DNA from: the human T2T-CHM13v2.0 reference genome, Homo sapiens
Reading direction: 5' to 3' (one strand)
Assembly (NCBI RefSeq): GCF_009914755.1
Contig: NC_060928.1
Length of the DNA stretch: 64,000 nucleotides
Positions 13,103 through 26,673 of this stretch are shown in pieces. The notes beneath the pieces were generated by a model. The model was given only the letters and a program-made list of their open reading frames with translations, was not told where the DNA came from and did not search any database. Numbering within the stretch: the stretch's first letter is position 1; the number at the start of each line of letters is the position of its first letter. The position numbers and the translations under genes were made by a program.

Positions 13103-13652
13103 TGTGATAGTTAATTCCATGTGTCAACTTGTCTGGTGCCCAGACACTTGGTCAGACATTATTCTGCATGTATCTGGAGGGTGCTTATGGATAAAATTAA
13201 CATTTGAATCAGTAGACTGAGTAAGGCAGATTGCTCTTCCTAATGTAGTGAGGCCTCTGCAATCAATTGGGCTTTAATAGAACAAAAATGTTGACTCTCC
13301 TTTTACTGACTACGTGTAAGCTGGGACATTAGTTTTTCCTGCCTTCAGGCTCAAATGGAAACTTTGGCTCTTCTTCGTTATTGAGCCACCAGCTTTCAGA
13401 CTGAAAGTACACCAATTTTGGACTGGAACTACACCATCAGTTCTTTTGGTTCTTAGGTTTTTGAACTTGGAGTAGAACTACACGGTCAGACTTAGACTGA
13501 AACTACGCCATTGGCTCTCCTGGGTCTCCATCTTGGTGTCTCTGAAGATCCTGGGACACCTCAGCCTCCCTAATCACATGAGCCAATTGCTTACATTTCT
13601 TTCTACATATGTATACATCCACTTGTTGTTTCTGGAGAACCTTAATATGACA
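13103..13652 (+). mobile_element. MLT2C/MLT2D-like ERVL solo LTR
   Basis: tgtgatagttaattccatgtgtcaacttg...aacatttgaatcagtagactgagtaaggcagattgc...ctggagaacct; repeated gactggaactacacc units. Confidence 0.85.
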
Positions 13653-13724
13653 GCCTTGAATTAAAACCTGATGTTTTCATACTGCCAAAAATATATAATT
13701 TGAAAGAAGCTCTTCAGGGCACAA

Positions 13725-13860
13725 AGAAAAATTGTACTGAATAGAGTAAAATAGGCAAGAAAGATTTATTCAAGACTGTTGCAATTACAGTCAAGACTAT
13801 TGCAATAGGGGAGAGAGATTAAACTCAACTCTATTAAAGCAATGTTTCCTGAGGCTTTGA
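13725..13860 (-). mobile_element. ERV1-class LTR fragment (subfamily uncertain)
   Basis: aagatttattcaagact...ataggggagagagattaaactcaactct resembles the reverse 3' end of MER4-group LTRs. Confidence 0.4.
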
Positions 13861-15207
13861 ATAGATGCACATCTCTTGTATGATTTAGGTGGAGTTTTAC
13901 ATGGAATGAAGAGAGAAAGACTCTCTGAATGTATTTCCTTTCAAATCCAGCATTCAATAATTCTAGAACAATACTGCTTTTAGATTTTTCTTGGTAAGTG
14001 GAAGTAGATATTTTATTAACTTAGCTCTGGCGATAGAGCTTTCTTTACCAATGGTATGCCCACTTCTTCTATCATTTTTAACGGACTGTGTTGACTTGCA
14101 TATATTTTCAGAAAAGGTATGAAATAGCTTATGTCAAAATATTCCCAGTAGTCTGGTTCAATGGGAAATCAGTTAATAAAAGAAAGATTTCTAAAAGCAG
14201 AAGTCTGTGACTCATTTCACTTGTATCTGTATAATAGGACTATATACTCTCAAAAATTATTTGCATGAACCTAATCTAGTATCAAAATCTTCCTTTAAGA
14301 AATACATAAGATAGACATATTCTCTGCCCTAACAAAATTTAGTGTCTAGTGATGGAACAGGGTAGGCTTAAATTTCTTCCAGTTCCTATTTGTTGTTTTC
14401 TACTTCAAGTAGAATTCATCTTCCTCTCTTTTTAAAAAAATTAAATTAAGAATTAATTTTTAAAAATGATATAGACCAATATCCAATTCGATTTTTATAC
14501 AAAGGTAATTATCAAGAAAAGCCTTATTTCATCTTAACTTTTATCCTGGATTCACCAATACCAAATTTATAGAATAGTTCATATTCACACAATAATATTC
14601 ACATAAGACATATGATAACCTGTATTCACTCAAGATACTGAAGACCATGAAAGGAATAACAAATGTTTTCTACAGATGAGAGAAGAACCTGAGATTCTTT
14701 TACCATCTTAAAACATTATTATTCAGAGAACCAGGGAAGCCATTATTCACTGATAGCATATCCAGTTTTTATGTGATCTGATAGAAGAAAGAGAGCTATG
14801 CCTCACAATATTAAACCATTAGGCTAAAGTCAGTTTCTCCCTCAATCCAGTGTTTTTCAATTGCAACTAGTGCCTAAGCAGCAGATCTCAGATATTGGAG
14901 TGTAATAGATTTGCCGCTGTTATTATCATTCTAATAGCTTATTGGTTTTTCATCCTGCTTTATACCGTTTCACTTAGAACTAAAGGTAAACCAAAAATAA
15001 GTTACATAATTTTTCTTCAGTCTTCTTTTTTTCTAAGGAGATTTAAGTTGGCTGCAGTTACTGCCAACCAAAATTCACAAAAAGAGTAGCAGCATGTTAA
15101 CATATCACTAATAACTGTACTCCAATATATTCAAAATGGCTTTTTGGTCTTGTGTTTACATTCAGTAACAACAACAGTTAGGGTGTACATCAAAGTCCCA
15201 TTTTCCC

Positions 15208-15249
15208 AGACATTATTACTGTTCCTGAAGACATTATTACTGTTCCTGA
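15208..15249. repeat. Perfect 21-bp tandem duplication
   Basis: agacattattactgttcctga x2. Confidence 0.95.
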
Positions 15250-16939
15250 AAAATCCTATATTTTATATGGATCATTTTAAAGACATGCAAATCATGTCAA
15301 TGAGGCTTTCTTCATGTAATTCTTGGGCTTGACTGTAATAATCAAGTAGACGCTTTGAAGTCTTATTGTTACTGTAGTCTGTTTATGTGTTTTTAATTAA
15401 CACTACAAGCCAGATTGTTACTTTCATTTTTATTTTATTTACATTTTGCTTTTAGGTACAGATAAGAAGGTCTAAGGAACAAAACTCTTGACTGTAATAT
15501 CAGAATCTTTAACTAAGGAGCTTCATATTTATATTTAATATTAATACTACCTTGTTGCATTAGTCTATTGGTATATACTGTATGATTAACTATAGAAATG
15601 AGTCAAAGATTCATTAAGGTATTTAGAAAGTAGAGAGAAAGAAATCTCTTCAAGGAGGCATTATGCTGAACATCAAATACCTAGGTGGTATAAATGGTGT
15701 TTTAAAATAGTAAGGATTTAGTTGGTGCACACTGTTTTTTTTTCATGCTAGCACAATAGACAATGATGTCAGGCTAGGTGAGGGAACAATCTGTTTCAAA
15801 CAGCTTTTGCAAAACTTTGAATTTTTTTCAAAGCAAGAGACAGCCACCCACAAGGACAGCTTTTCTTTCATGAAGTACAGAATGTTGTGTGGTTGCTATA
15901 ATTTCCTTGGTCTCACTTGTGAGTGACTGAGTTGAGTGAGTGAATCAGTGCTGATGCCCAAAGCCTTTCCAGCCTAAGAAGTTCTTAGGCTGTTTAACAT
16001 GTTCCCTGTAATCCACTTAATTGCATACATAAGCTTGCAGGAGAACTTCCAGCTAAACGAATCAATAATGTATTCAGAGCACAGTTGGAAGACACTGAAA
16101 ATGAAGTTTTCAGCTTTCTGGAGCATGCTGGCTGAGTCGCTTGTGAGTCTTGTTGACCTGGCCAATAATTAGGCCAATAGCTTCTGGAGCTGGGTGGTCA
16201 GGATCTGAGATGTGGGTTCTGATTAAGTGACAGTGTGAGTGAATTAGGAGACCAGCTTCCATATATTAGAGCCTAAATTATAATGAGGAGATTTGCTAGT
16301 CTAGTCAGTAATTATGTACCCTATAACCTTAATTCCAGAAATACGAATGTTCAAATACATGGGCTAAAAATCATCGAGTTACTTTTTATATTTTAAAAAC
16401 ATGTGTGTATCATTGAACAAACTATCAAATGGAAGTTAGGCCAGACATTGTTCTACTGCACTTATTGAGGCTACTTTTATGTAAGCATTTTTATTCTTGC
16501 CATTTAAAAATTAAAAGTTGCCAATGATGTTGAATTTCTCTGTGTTGCTCTATTGTTCATCTTCTATCTGTTCTACTAATCTAATTCCAGTTGTTTGAGT
16601 ATAAAGAAAAATACTTTTACTGTTATATTGGCTTTTATTGAAATTTCCTCACTTTTTCTGGAATTATTTAGAAAAATATCACACAAAATATTCAGAATGG
16701 CATTATGAATATAGAGGGCCAATTTAATATAAATTCTATTTGTATGTGACCCCAATAATAATATACACAAATATTTCTGAGATCAAACAATGAATTAGAC
16801 AGTTACTAGATTATCCATATGGTCTTGCATAAAAGAAACAAAACTCTTACAAAAACTGCCCTATCATTATTGAAGTTTCTACTTCATACTTATATAAATG
16901 CAAATTTCAATTGACTTGAGCTTAGATTTAAAAAGACTC

Positions 16940-17470
16940 ATCTAATTCATAAGTACTTATGAAATATCACAGTGGAAAAAACATACAAGGTTGCTGTTCA
17001 CTTGTGGGGCAGGGTACAGAAAATAGCATGTACTTACATGGTTACATAAATGCATAAATAAATAAGAGAATTTCAGATCATTAAAAATAGTAATATCATA
17101 AAACAGTGGTAGGCTGGTATCTACTAGAGTACTTTTCTGCCTAGAGGCAGTTAGAGAAACCCTCTCTAAGGAGTGCTGAAATTGTGACCTGAGACTTCAG
17201 TGCTGAGAAAGAGCCAACTATATAAAGATGCATAGGAAAAGAGGGCTCCAGTACAAACAGTCCAAGAAAGGAGCAAGTTGACCACTAGATGATGAGAAAG
17301 AGTGGTGAAACCACAAGGTTAGAAACGTAGTTCAACTTTTCCCATTTTAAATAAACCTATAGATTTCTCTGAATAGTTTCCTTTGCTGATCAACAGTGGA
17401 GCCTGATACATAGCAGGGGTACAATAAGTGCTCATTAAAAAAGAAACAAATCTCAAAAATGAAGAATGAT
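16940..17470. mobile_element. L2 LINE fragments
   Basis: gttagagaaaccctctctaaggag...gacctgagactt; gcctgatacatagcagg...aataagtgctc are degenerate L2 3' motifs. Confidence 0.55.
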
Positions 17471-17711
17471 ATTATAGTCCTGATATTTTGGATCAACTTT
17501 TATTGTTACTATCTGGTCAAGACAAAAATTATGAAAGTCTAATGTTATAATACCATACTGAATTTTCTGAGTTGCGATGTACTGCATAAGAATTCGATAA
17601 TGAGAAATTTGTCATCATACACAACAATTTTAATAAAATGAAATAATGTATGTAAAAACAGAATCATAGAATCAATAAATTCTAACACAGACATCAGAGA
17701 TCATCTAAACT

Positions 17712-18075
17712 CTCTAGCTACTTGAAATGTGATTTAAGGACAAGGAACATCAGCATAACTTTGGAATTTGGTAGAAATGGGGACCTTCAACACCCAACCC
17801 AATTTACAAATGAGAATCTGCATTTTAATATGATCCCTCAGTGATCCTTAAGTACATTAAAGTGTGAGTAGCTCTGCTGCACAACGGTGGTTCCCAAATA
17901 CTAGATTGCAGTCCCTATGAAAAATCATTTGGAGTAATAATCTTTTATTTTTAGATCAGTGGACCTCAACCCCTGAAGAGTAAAATTCTGGAGTGAGGTG
18001 TGCATATGAAACAACAACAACAGCAGCAACGACAACAAAATAACAGAAATTATCTAGTTGATTCTGATGCATCCT
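17712..18075. mobile_element. Two adjacent MER5A/B hAT-Charlie remnants
   Basis: agaatctgcattttaatatgatccctcagtgat...acattaaagtgtgag; ggtggttcccaaa...ttgattctgatgca. Confidence 0.7.
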
Positions 18076-18089
18076 AATTCTTTCATTTG

Positions 18090-18200
18090 TAGGGTTGACA
18101 GATTTAGCGAATAGTATGCAATATATTTACATTAAAAATTATTCATTATTTATCTGAAATTCAAATTTAACTGGGCATCCTGTAGCTTATTTCACAATTC
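18090..18200 (+). mobile_element. MER53 hAT remnant (internally deleted)
   Basis: tagggttgacagatttagc...tttatctgaaattcaaatttaactgggcatcctgta. Confidence 0.75.
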
Positions 18201-21200
18201 TATTCATGTGACACAATAATAGAGACTCGATTTAAATCTCTTTTTAAAAATCCATGGCTAAATATATCGGAACTGATTCAAAATGAGTTCTCTTGGTATG
18301 AGAGTTATTTGTAAAACGTAAATATATAAAAAGTAAGGTATTGGTACCTGTGTCAATTAAATAATATTCTACTTTTCTTCATTTGTTGATTTTCATATGC
18401 AGCTCAATCAGGTTATTGTAGATAGCACATAAAAGAGAAAATTATGTGTCTCTAACTGTAAGAAAACCAAATACAATTTATTATAACACAATTGTTTTCT
18501 TCTGAATAAACTAACGTGTCCACTTAAGGAAAAAAAAGTTAAAGGTTTTCTTTTTTTTCACTTTTTATCCTTTAATAATACCTTGTAACGGTGATTTTTT
18601 TTTTGTTAACTCTCAACTGTGGACAAATTTGAACATATGAAAAATATTAAAAATCTATATAATAGCTATTTAAATGAAGAGTATCTCTAACTGAAACAGT
18701 CTGAAACCTAAAGTCTTCTCATACAATAATATTTGCTATTTTTTAAAAAAATAAAGGGGTTTTCCCTATTAGATAACACATGAACATCATATTTAGAAAA
18801 CAGAGAAAGAAAAAACTTACCCGTAACTTTATCAACAGAATGCAATCATTCTAATGGTTGAACATATTATTTTCTAAATATTTTCCCTGTAAACACTTTT
18901 TTCGTAGTTACAATAATATTGTACCATAGTGTATGATAATAGTGCTTTTCGGCCTCATAAGTACTTCCTTTTTATTACAAATAACACTGTATTTATTGTA
19001 GATCTAATGTCTAGTCAAGTAAATACATCTAAGTTTTATTTTTTCCTTTAATTCTTTTGGGTCTGGGACGTATTATACAAATTTAAGCCTTTCATTAATC
19101 ATGCTATGTCAGACTCTTACAGCAGAATAGAAGAAAATGTGTCCCTTCTACATCTTATCCCTTATAAAACTCTTCAGTCTTAAGAGAACTGAAATAAGTA
19201 ACCCTTTAGGAAAGGGCAGGGCTTCAGTTTCTGGCCAGTTACCCCAAATTCCTATTATTTGAAAATAACAGAAATGTAAGCTGGTTCTCCCATGCAAGTA
19301 CTGTGAAAGCTCGGAGAAATTCAACTACAGCTGTCACTCCAATGTAAGACTAAATCTAATTTGTTGGGTGGAAAGAGTTAAATGAACTTTAACTGAAAAG
19401 CTCTCGTTCTCTTCCTCTCAGGGTAGAAAATAGCCAAGGGCAACAGCGGATGACTAATGTGTAGAATATTGCAATTAGTATAGCAAGGTACTTACAGGGA
19501 TCAAATTAAAAAATTCATTAATGTACGCACTTAATTAAGAAACACTTTTCGGTTTACATGATAAATTATGACACCTATTAAATCTTCCAGTACAAGCTGT
19601 AATGGCTTCTTTGCTCCTGGGTAGAGAACTATTGCCTTTGAGGTCCTTTGAAACTCCCCAAGGACCAGCAGCATTAGTTACAAGTGTATTAAAAACAATG
19701 CTTTCCCCCTGCAAGGTGCAAAAGCATCTTTATTGGAAACTAATTTAAACTTAAGAAAGCACCAGGGAGCAAGAGACTATCATGCTGCAAGCAAATGACA
19801 ACACATATGAAATGACCTTGAAAAGAAAATAGAAATCTTTGCTCCCCAACATTCGCAAAAGGGAAGTGACAAGGACAATGTCTTTGTTTGTTTGTTGTTT
19901 GTTTGCTTTTGCGTCTTTTGTTTTATCTCTGTCCTCTTTCTGCCTCCCTTAAGGATAAATGTTACCAGTGGAGAGAGAATACTTTAGAAATAAATTTTGT
20001 ATTGGAATATTTGTGGTAAATATGCTTTTTTCCTTTTCATTTAATAGAAAGAATTAACAGGGAGATAAGAAGGAAGAGAGTAAGGGAAAGAGGGAAGAGA
20101 AAAGAATAAAGGTAAAAGTGAGAAATAAATATGTAAGGAAATCAGATATATCCCTCAGAAGCTGGTTGTACCTGAGGACTTTCTTCATTGTGGAAAGCAG
20201 GGATCAATAGTGATTAAAAAAAAAAAAACAAACCCTGGATTTCTATTATTTTATTCAGAGCATCTTTAATATCTCCTTCAATATTCTTTATAACTCTGGA
20301 GTTAGCAGAGCTGGTAAGGGAAACTAGAAAATTAAATTGGTTTTCCAGAGTCAAATATATTCATTATCTCTGGTACAATTCTCTCTTCTCCAGACTACAA
20401 AGTTTTTACTTTTATGGCCATTGTTTTAACAGGCCTATGTACCACTTGACAGTTTGCAAATATTTCCCTTTCTGATCTGTATGACTTTACTGTGCAAGGG
20501 TTAGAATTATTACTTCAGCTTACAAATCACAGAACTAGCACACACTGATGGTGGTGCTGAGTAGAAAACTCCAGCCACTTACTGGCTTTTCTGGTTTCTC
20601 TGAAGGGGTTGACTGTTGTCTTCTACAGAAAGGAAGATGCCAGAGAGAAAGCTGTGGAGCAGGATTCGTGAGAATTCGGGACAAGTGTAGTGAAATTAGC
20701 AGTAAAATGCCTTTTCTAACTAATTTCTCTGGAAGCTTTCCCCCATTTGAAGTTATGTTAAGGAAGCACATCTTTAATTCCATAAAACAACCCCAGCTTC
20801 TAACTTACCACATGCAGACCATGCTGTCTTTATGTCATCTCATTTAGCGTTGTTTATACACTTATTTTTACCTTATGCCTATTACAGAAACAATATGAAA
20901 ACTACACTAAAGAAAATCTTGAAAAAAAAGTTAAAAATAAACTCTAGCACAATTATTTTCATGTCTATTTCTTACCAAAGTTACTGCAGCCTGTAATAAT
21001 CACAATCTGCAGTTATCAAGTGCTGTAATAGGGTATTATCAGAAACTGTTTGAAAAATGAAGAATTTATAGCCATGGAAGGCATGGCCTTCCCCTAAAAC
21101 TCTTAATAATCTGCGCCGCAGTTTTCCTATTGCAGCTTGCCAGGGATTCCAGATTACTTCTTTACACGTCAGTGATTCTTCTAGCATGACTGGTATGCTA

Positions 21201-21626
21201 GATAACATGGTCTGAGCAACAAGGATGCTTGCAACAAAGCTTGGACTACAAAACCCTTTCTTGCTATTGACCCCATTTGAAAGTGGTAGTCTTCCAAGTT
21301 ACCCCAAAAATGGGTTAGATTAGTCTTCCCATGTGTGGCTTATGCTACTAGTAAACGTTAAAGAAGCCCACTAAGACACTGTGTGTCTTTATTAGTGTTA
21401 TGATGATTTAGAGTTGCAGATATTAGGGAGCCCAGTTCCATGGCATTATCCTGTCAACTCCAGCTTAAAGAAGACAAGTTACCATACGTGTCCTCAGGCT
21501 TTCCCAGTGTGTGCATTAATTGACAGTTAATTGTTTGCACAATTTTTTTACAAGGCATCTAATGCCATCAAAGACACCCATCCCACACATTGCATTCCTT
21601 ATAATCATTATCTCCACCAAAATTAT

Positions 21627-22075
21627 TGTCTGAGTTTAGATTCTCCCAGAAGCAGGGCATGAAACCAGGACTGAGTGCAAGTATTCTATTAGAAAGTACA
21701 TATTTCACCAGTAGAAAAGGAAATGTGCAAAATAAGGGGTGCATGATTAAGTCAACTACTATAGTAGGCATCTGGAGCTTATCCCACAGGCTGTCCTTGG
21801 GAAATGGTAAAATCCACACCTCAAAAATTATTCCAACCAAGGACAAGGGAACTGGGGGGATTATATAGCAATTCTCAAGAGTCTTTGTTTGAAGGTTCCT
21901 GTAGAAGAGTTAATTCTTGACATTTTCAATCTGCTGTGCACATAGCATTAACACTTCCCACCATCATGAGGAAACACGTGTAGGCTCATAGATGCAGACG
22001 CAGTCACTTGGAAGATGGCAGAGCACACTGAAAATGTGAGCGGTTAAGGGTAGGGCACTGATGATGTTTACCACA
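21627..22075 (-). mobile_element. Old ERVL LTR (LTR33/LTR41-like)
   Basis: tgtctgagtttagattctcccagaagcagggcatgaaaccaggactgagtgcaagta...taccaca. Confidence 0.6.
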
Positions 22076-22259
22076 CCTATAAGTCCAACAACCACTGCAT
22101 ATCCCATAAACTCATTTTTTATCAGCACTTCATCTCAATCAGAAGTTAATTACAAGGGTAATCACCACCCCCACTTACTACCAGCAATTTAGACTAGTGG
22201 GCAATTCATATCCAAAATATGTTGAGGATCTTCTTTCTAGGGTCATTCTGGTTCTCTAC

Positions 22260-22580
22260 TGTCTTAGAGTAGGTTTCTTAGGAAATAAAACCTGAATCAA
22301 AAGCTGTGTGTTAACAAGTTATTGGGCAATGCCATTCCAAGTAAACAGGTGTGAGAAAAAATGGAAATAAAGTAGAAAGGGGAAAGAATAAATATAAATA
22401 AGTGCATTACCAAGATGATCATAACTTCATGACAAGATGACTACTTGGTCTTGGAAGAGCTCTTCAGGGAGTCAGTGAAGGTGTTGAATCCACATATAGT
22501 TTATATAGTGGGAAGAAAGGAGAAAAATTCGTTCACTTGCTTCCATCAAAGAGCAGTCAGTTTCCTACACTGGGTACTAA
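22260..22580 (-). mobile_element. Old ERVL LTR (LTR16/LTR33-like) fragment
   Basis: tgtcttagagtaggtttcttaggaaataaaacctga...aagttattggg. Confidence 0.45.
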
Positions 22581-22924
22581 ATTCCTATTGTTTAGTTTTG
22601 CACTGAATGAGATCCCAGTAGGTCTTGTAATATTTCAAGCCTTAGTGTTAACAGAGAACACCAAGAGAAAGATCCAAATGCTGTAAAGCTTGAGGCTATA
22701 AACTGTAGAAGAGTGATTACAAGCTTTAGTAAAATCTCAAAGATTACCCATATCCATTTAAGGAAATGTTGTTTGCTCTGGTATCTTTTTTGCATTTATC
22801 TATATTTTATTTTCCCTTGTTTCTATGTTGTTTTTATGTGTAAATTTTTAGCAGGTGATCTCCTAGAAGACAAAAGCAAACTACCCCGACTTACTTTGTT
22901 CCCAAACAACAGTATCTAATATCT

Positions 22925-23105
22925 AATAATAATAGCTAAAATTCACTGGGTGTCTTAAAAATGCTGATTATGTTTAGTTCTTACAATAAATATAAGTTTG
23001 AAACTATTAAGTGACTTTCCCACGATTACTAAGTTTCTAACTGGTGGAGACAGGTTTTGAATTCAGGTAGTTGGACCCCAGGAGTGACATCTATTCAACG
23101 TTCTG
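22925..23105 (-). mobile_element. MIR SINE
   Basis: taataataatagctaa...ttaagtgactttcccacgattac...ggttttgaattcaggtag. Confidence 0.7.
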
Positions 23106-24294
23106 TCCAGCATTGCTTTTCTAGCATAAGCATTGAAGAGCCATTTCAATAATTAATTAGCTTTATAGAGAAGAAGAAAAAGATGAAATGGAGATAGGGG
23201 TAATGGCCTCATTTTGGCAAAGGATACAATTGTGTCATCAATAGTGCAATTCTAGAAATTTTTTAAAATGTTCATTTAATTTTTTAAAAATAGTTTGAAT
23301 CAGTGATTTAAATTTACTTCATTTCACTGTAATTTTTCATCCCCTGCATTTATATTATGGGACTGGTCTAATGTTATTTTTAGCAGCAATATTGTTTGCT
23401 CAGTTGACTATACAAGAAAGACATATGAATAAGATTTGCTCATTTTTGTTATTAAATTTTGCTGATTTTATTTGTCTGCAGTAGAAATTTCAAACAGAGT
23501 TACTTAATTTCCAAGTCAATTTTTTTAAATAGAGCCGATTTCTTTCAATGGTATATGATGTTTTAAATATAACAGAAATAGGCTTTAAAGGATCTCGAAA
23601 CTTTTTAATCATTGAATGAAAATGTCAGCATAAGACTTTTTTCAGGTGATGAGGTGTTCAGTAATAGAGAATCCTTATTAGGGATTTTCTTTGCAGATTG
23701 TTTTGTGTGAATTAAGATCCCCTATGAATACTCCAAAACAGGCTGTAATGTCTGCTAATCACTCTAGTGTCAGAGCTTATAGTGTCAATATATCTTTCTC
23801 AGACTACATCAGGAGACAGTAATAATTTCAAGAACTAGTGCTTAAAACTGCCATCAAATAAATTCTCAGTCCCATTTCACCTAAATGCACATTTCTATTT
23901 ATGATAGAGGAGGGCAGTTGTCCTTAGTCATGAAGAAATTCTCATTGAAATTTGACTTTCAACTTTTTCTAGAATAAAAAAAAGAGAGAGTCTTTATTGG
24001 GAAAGCATTATTCAGGAAGGATGGGGCGATCCATGTGAGAAAATGCTGAAAGATTTCCTCTCAGCTATATTGAGCATGTTGTATCACTTTGGGTAGTGTG
24101 TTTCTCAGAGCCTATGCTACCTTTTCTTTTATAGTTAATGGAGTGAATGTTTTCTGATCCAGCCTAGTTCCTGATTTGTCCGGAGCTGACTTTATAGTCC
24201 CTGGTTCTCTCTCACTCCAGCTGTGGTCTTCCACTTACTTTGGTGATTCAAGTTAGCTTCTTTCTTTCTGCTCAGAAGTGTATAAACTGTCTTA

Positions 24295-24606
24295 CAAAGT
24301 CAGTCCTTGATTTATGATTGTTGGGCTTATGATTTTTGACTTGATGGTGCAAAAGTGATCTGCATTCAGTATAGTATTCAATAAATTACATAACATATTC
24401 AACACTTTAGTATAAAATAGACTTTGTGTTATAAGATTTTGCCCAATTGTAGGTTAATGTAGGTGATCTGAGCACATTGAAGGTAGGCTAGGCTAAGCTA
24501 TGATGTTCAGTAGGTTAGGTGTATTAATGAATTTTTGATTTAGGATATTTTCAACTTACAATGGGTTTATCAGGATGTAAACCCATCAGAAGTCAAGGAG
24601 CATCTG
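24295..24606 (-). mobile_element. MER47A (Tigger-family) DNA transposon
   Basis: ggtaggctaggctaagctatgatgttcagtaggttaggtgtatt...aagtcaaggagcatctg; TA target duplications at both ends. Confidence 0.88.
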
Positions 24607-26501
24607 TATTTCTTACCAGTGCCCTAATGCTGGTGCTTATATTGTCCTTCTCTGATATACTTGAATCTGTGATTTTCCTCATTGTTCTGCCAGATAATGC
24701 TGACAGCATTTTGGTTCCTATATATGTGCCTTACTTTATGAGCTTCTAACTTCTTTAATCCTCTCTCTTGCATGTTTCTGGACTCTGATTTGCCCAAATT
24801 GTTTTAACAAGTGTCTTGATTTGGGCTGTTGTTCTCTTGGGCTGTGTGAAAAAATTAATCCTGAAGGTTGTTTCTTCTCCAATTGCCTGGAAATTCTGCC
24901 TTTATATGACACTGGATTATTGGTATTTCATTGTGAATGTGTTCATGTTTTTGCATGAATTATCATCTAAGATTTTATTATATGCTCCTTTTAGAGATGG
25001 ACAATATTTTGGGGTATTCAAGGAATTAATATAGAAGGAAAAAAGAGATATTCCTGGAGCAAGATGTGAAAAGGATAAATGGACCTCTGTTATAATCTTA
25101 GGGTGAATCTTCCATTCCTAGGTCATATGTTTGCAGTTTTCTTCAAGCGGAAGAAAGAATTATCAAAAAAGCAATGATACTTCGAGCTGGCATCTTAATG
25201 AAATCTGGCCCCTAAATCTGTGACACCTTAATGAGAATTGTAGAAGTTAAGAAACATATTTTTCTAAAACTGCAAACAAGTTTCTGTATTGTAAGAAGTG
25301 AGTGACTTGAATACGCTTTTAGAGCTATTTGTGTGTGTGTCGTAAGAAAATTACCTGCATGAGATATTTTGCCATGCAAACATAAGTAAAGGATGATGAT
25401 AAAATATAATTGTCAGAAAAATATATTGTACTATGTTTAATTTGTCTTTGATTCATATAACCTGTTATCAGTTTCACTTCCTCATGGTACAAGAAGTCAT
25501 TACCTGCTTTTTGCTTTAATATGCACTTATGGCATTTGTTCTTTCACATTTATTTAGCATCTATTATGTGTCAACCACTATAAAATTATTGGGGACACAT
25601 TTTCTCATCTTTTAAGAAAATTTAATAGAAGGGTCTATAACATTCCCTAAAAGTTGTTTTTTGAATTAAGTTGCTGATAATATAAATCACTTTTTTTTAT
25701 TAAAAATAAGCTGTAGAATGCATCTTTATATTTGATTATGTATTTATTAATCATTTTAATGAGATTTATATATACTTGTACCCATTCAAATATCCCCTAT
25801 AGTTTTTATCCTAGAGTAACTCGGATTTAAAGTCCAGAGTTCTTTAATTATTTCTGGTTTCCAGTGACTTTATTAAGATGAAATATCTTCCAAAATACCA
25901 AAGGAGTATTGAGAAATAGAGGCTCTGTTGAAAATATGTCTTCACTTAAACCATAAAAAATGCAGGAGAGGAGGAACGAGAGAAGTTGATGGTACATGGA
26001 CAAAATGTACCACTTCAGTTTTTTGGCACAGATAAAAATCCCCTAGACTAGCAAAGTGTTAATATCATTTCTCCTCTAAACTTCCATTGTTAACAAAAAT
26101 GGATTACAAATCGAAGAGGATCAACTCCAGTGTGCAATGGTTCCCAGTGTTCGTTTATCTTAAATGGAAAATTGACACACATATCACTCTATAAAATTAT
26201 GATTTATGTTACTAGTTCATTTCTTTCCTTCCACTACCATCACCCAAGACTACCTTCTGTTTGGGGGCGAACCCAGTACCAAACACCTGTGTGGCAGCTA
26301 CGGTCTCTGCTTTCTTTTCGGATGACGTTGGCCTGATCCATCTGCAGAACTGTGTGCCAATTCTGATTATCCAGGTGGGACTAGAGTCCTTAGAAATTTG
26401 TGAGAGTCCAAGAAACATTAAAGAAATATATTTTCGCTTCCCACCAGCTTTGCTTGAACTAAGTATCTTATTGTTTTTTTCTCCCGTTTTCTTTCTAATA
26501 G

Positions 26502-26673
26502 GAGTGGCCTTGCATATCAATGAGGCTTTACTTGATCCAGTGCCAACCAGTCTTTGTGGGGTAATTAATTGGCATAGTGATTGGCAAAAACCCAGCCCAA
26601 ATTTTTGTAGGTGATTTGTGGCACAGGTAATTGCCTACTTGTGAGTAATTTCTAAATTTGTGGTGAGCAGAAG
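26502..26673 (+). other. Candidate non-coding exon
   Basis: CTAAG branch-like motif, pyrimidine tract ttgtttttttctcccgttttctttctaatag, consensus donor AAG|GTAAGT at 26674. Confidence 0.3.

Noticed and set aside
13395-13515. Spaced short repeats (gactggaactacacc) resembling a CRISPR-like array
   Set aside because: Internal repeats typical of MLT2 LTRs; irregular spacing, eukaryotic context, no cas genes.
15420-15462. Pyrimidine tract with TAG|GTACAG as a recursive splice site (similar motif at ~9513)
   Set aside because: The regenerated donors are weak compared with AG|GTAAG; not supportable without RNA data.
18090-18200. MER53 as a possible miR-1302-type hairpin
   Set aside because: Most of one palindromic arm is deleted, so the long hairpin cannot form.
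20548-20847. 99-aa ATG-initiated ORF in unique DNA
   Set aside because: No recognisable homology or convincing exon boundaries; length is within chance range.
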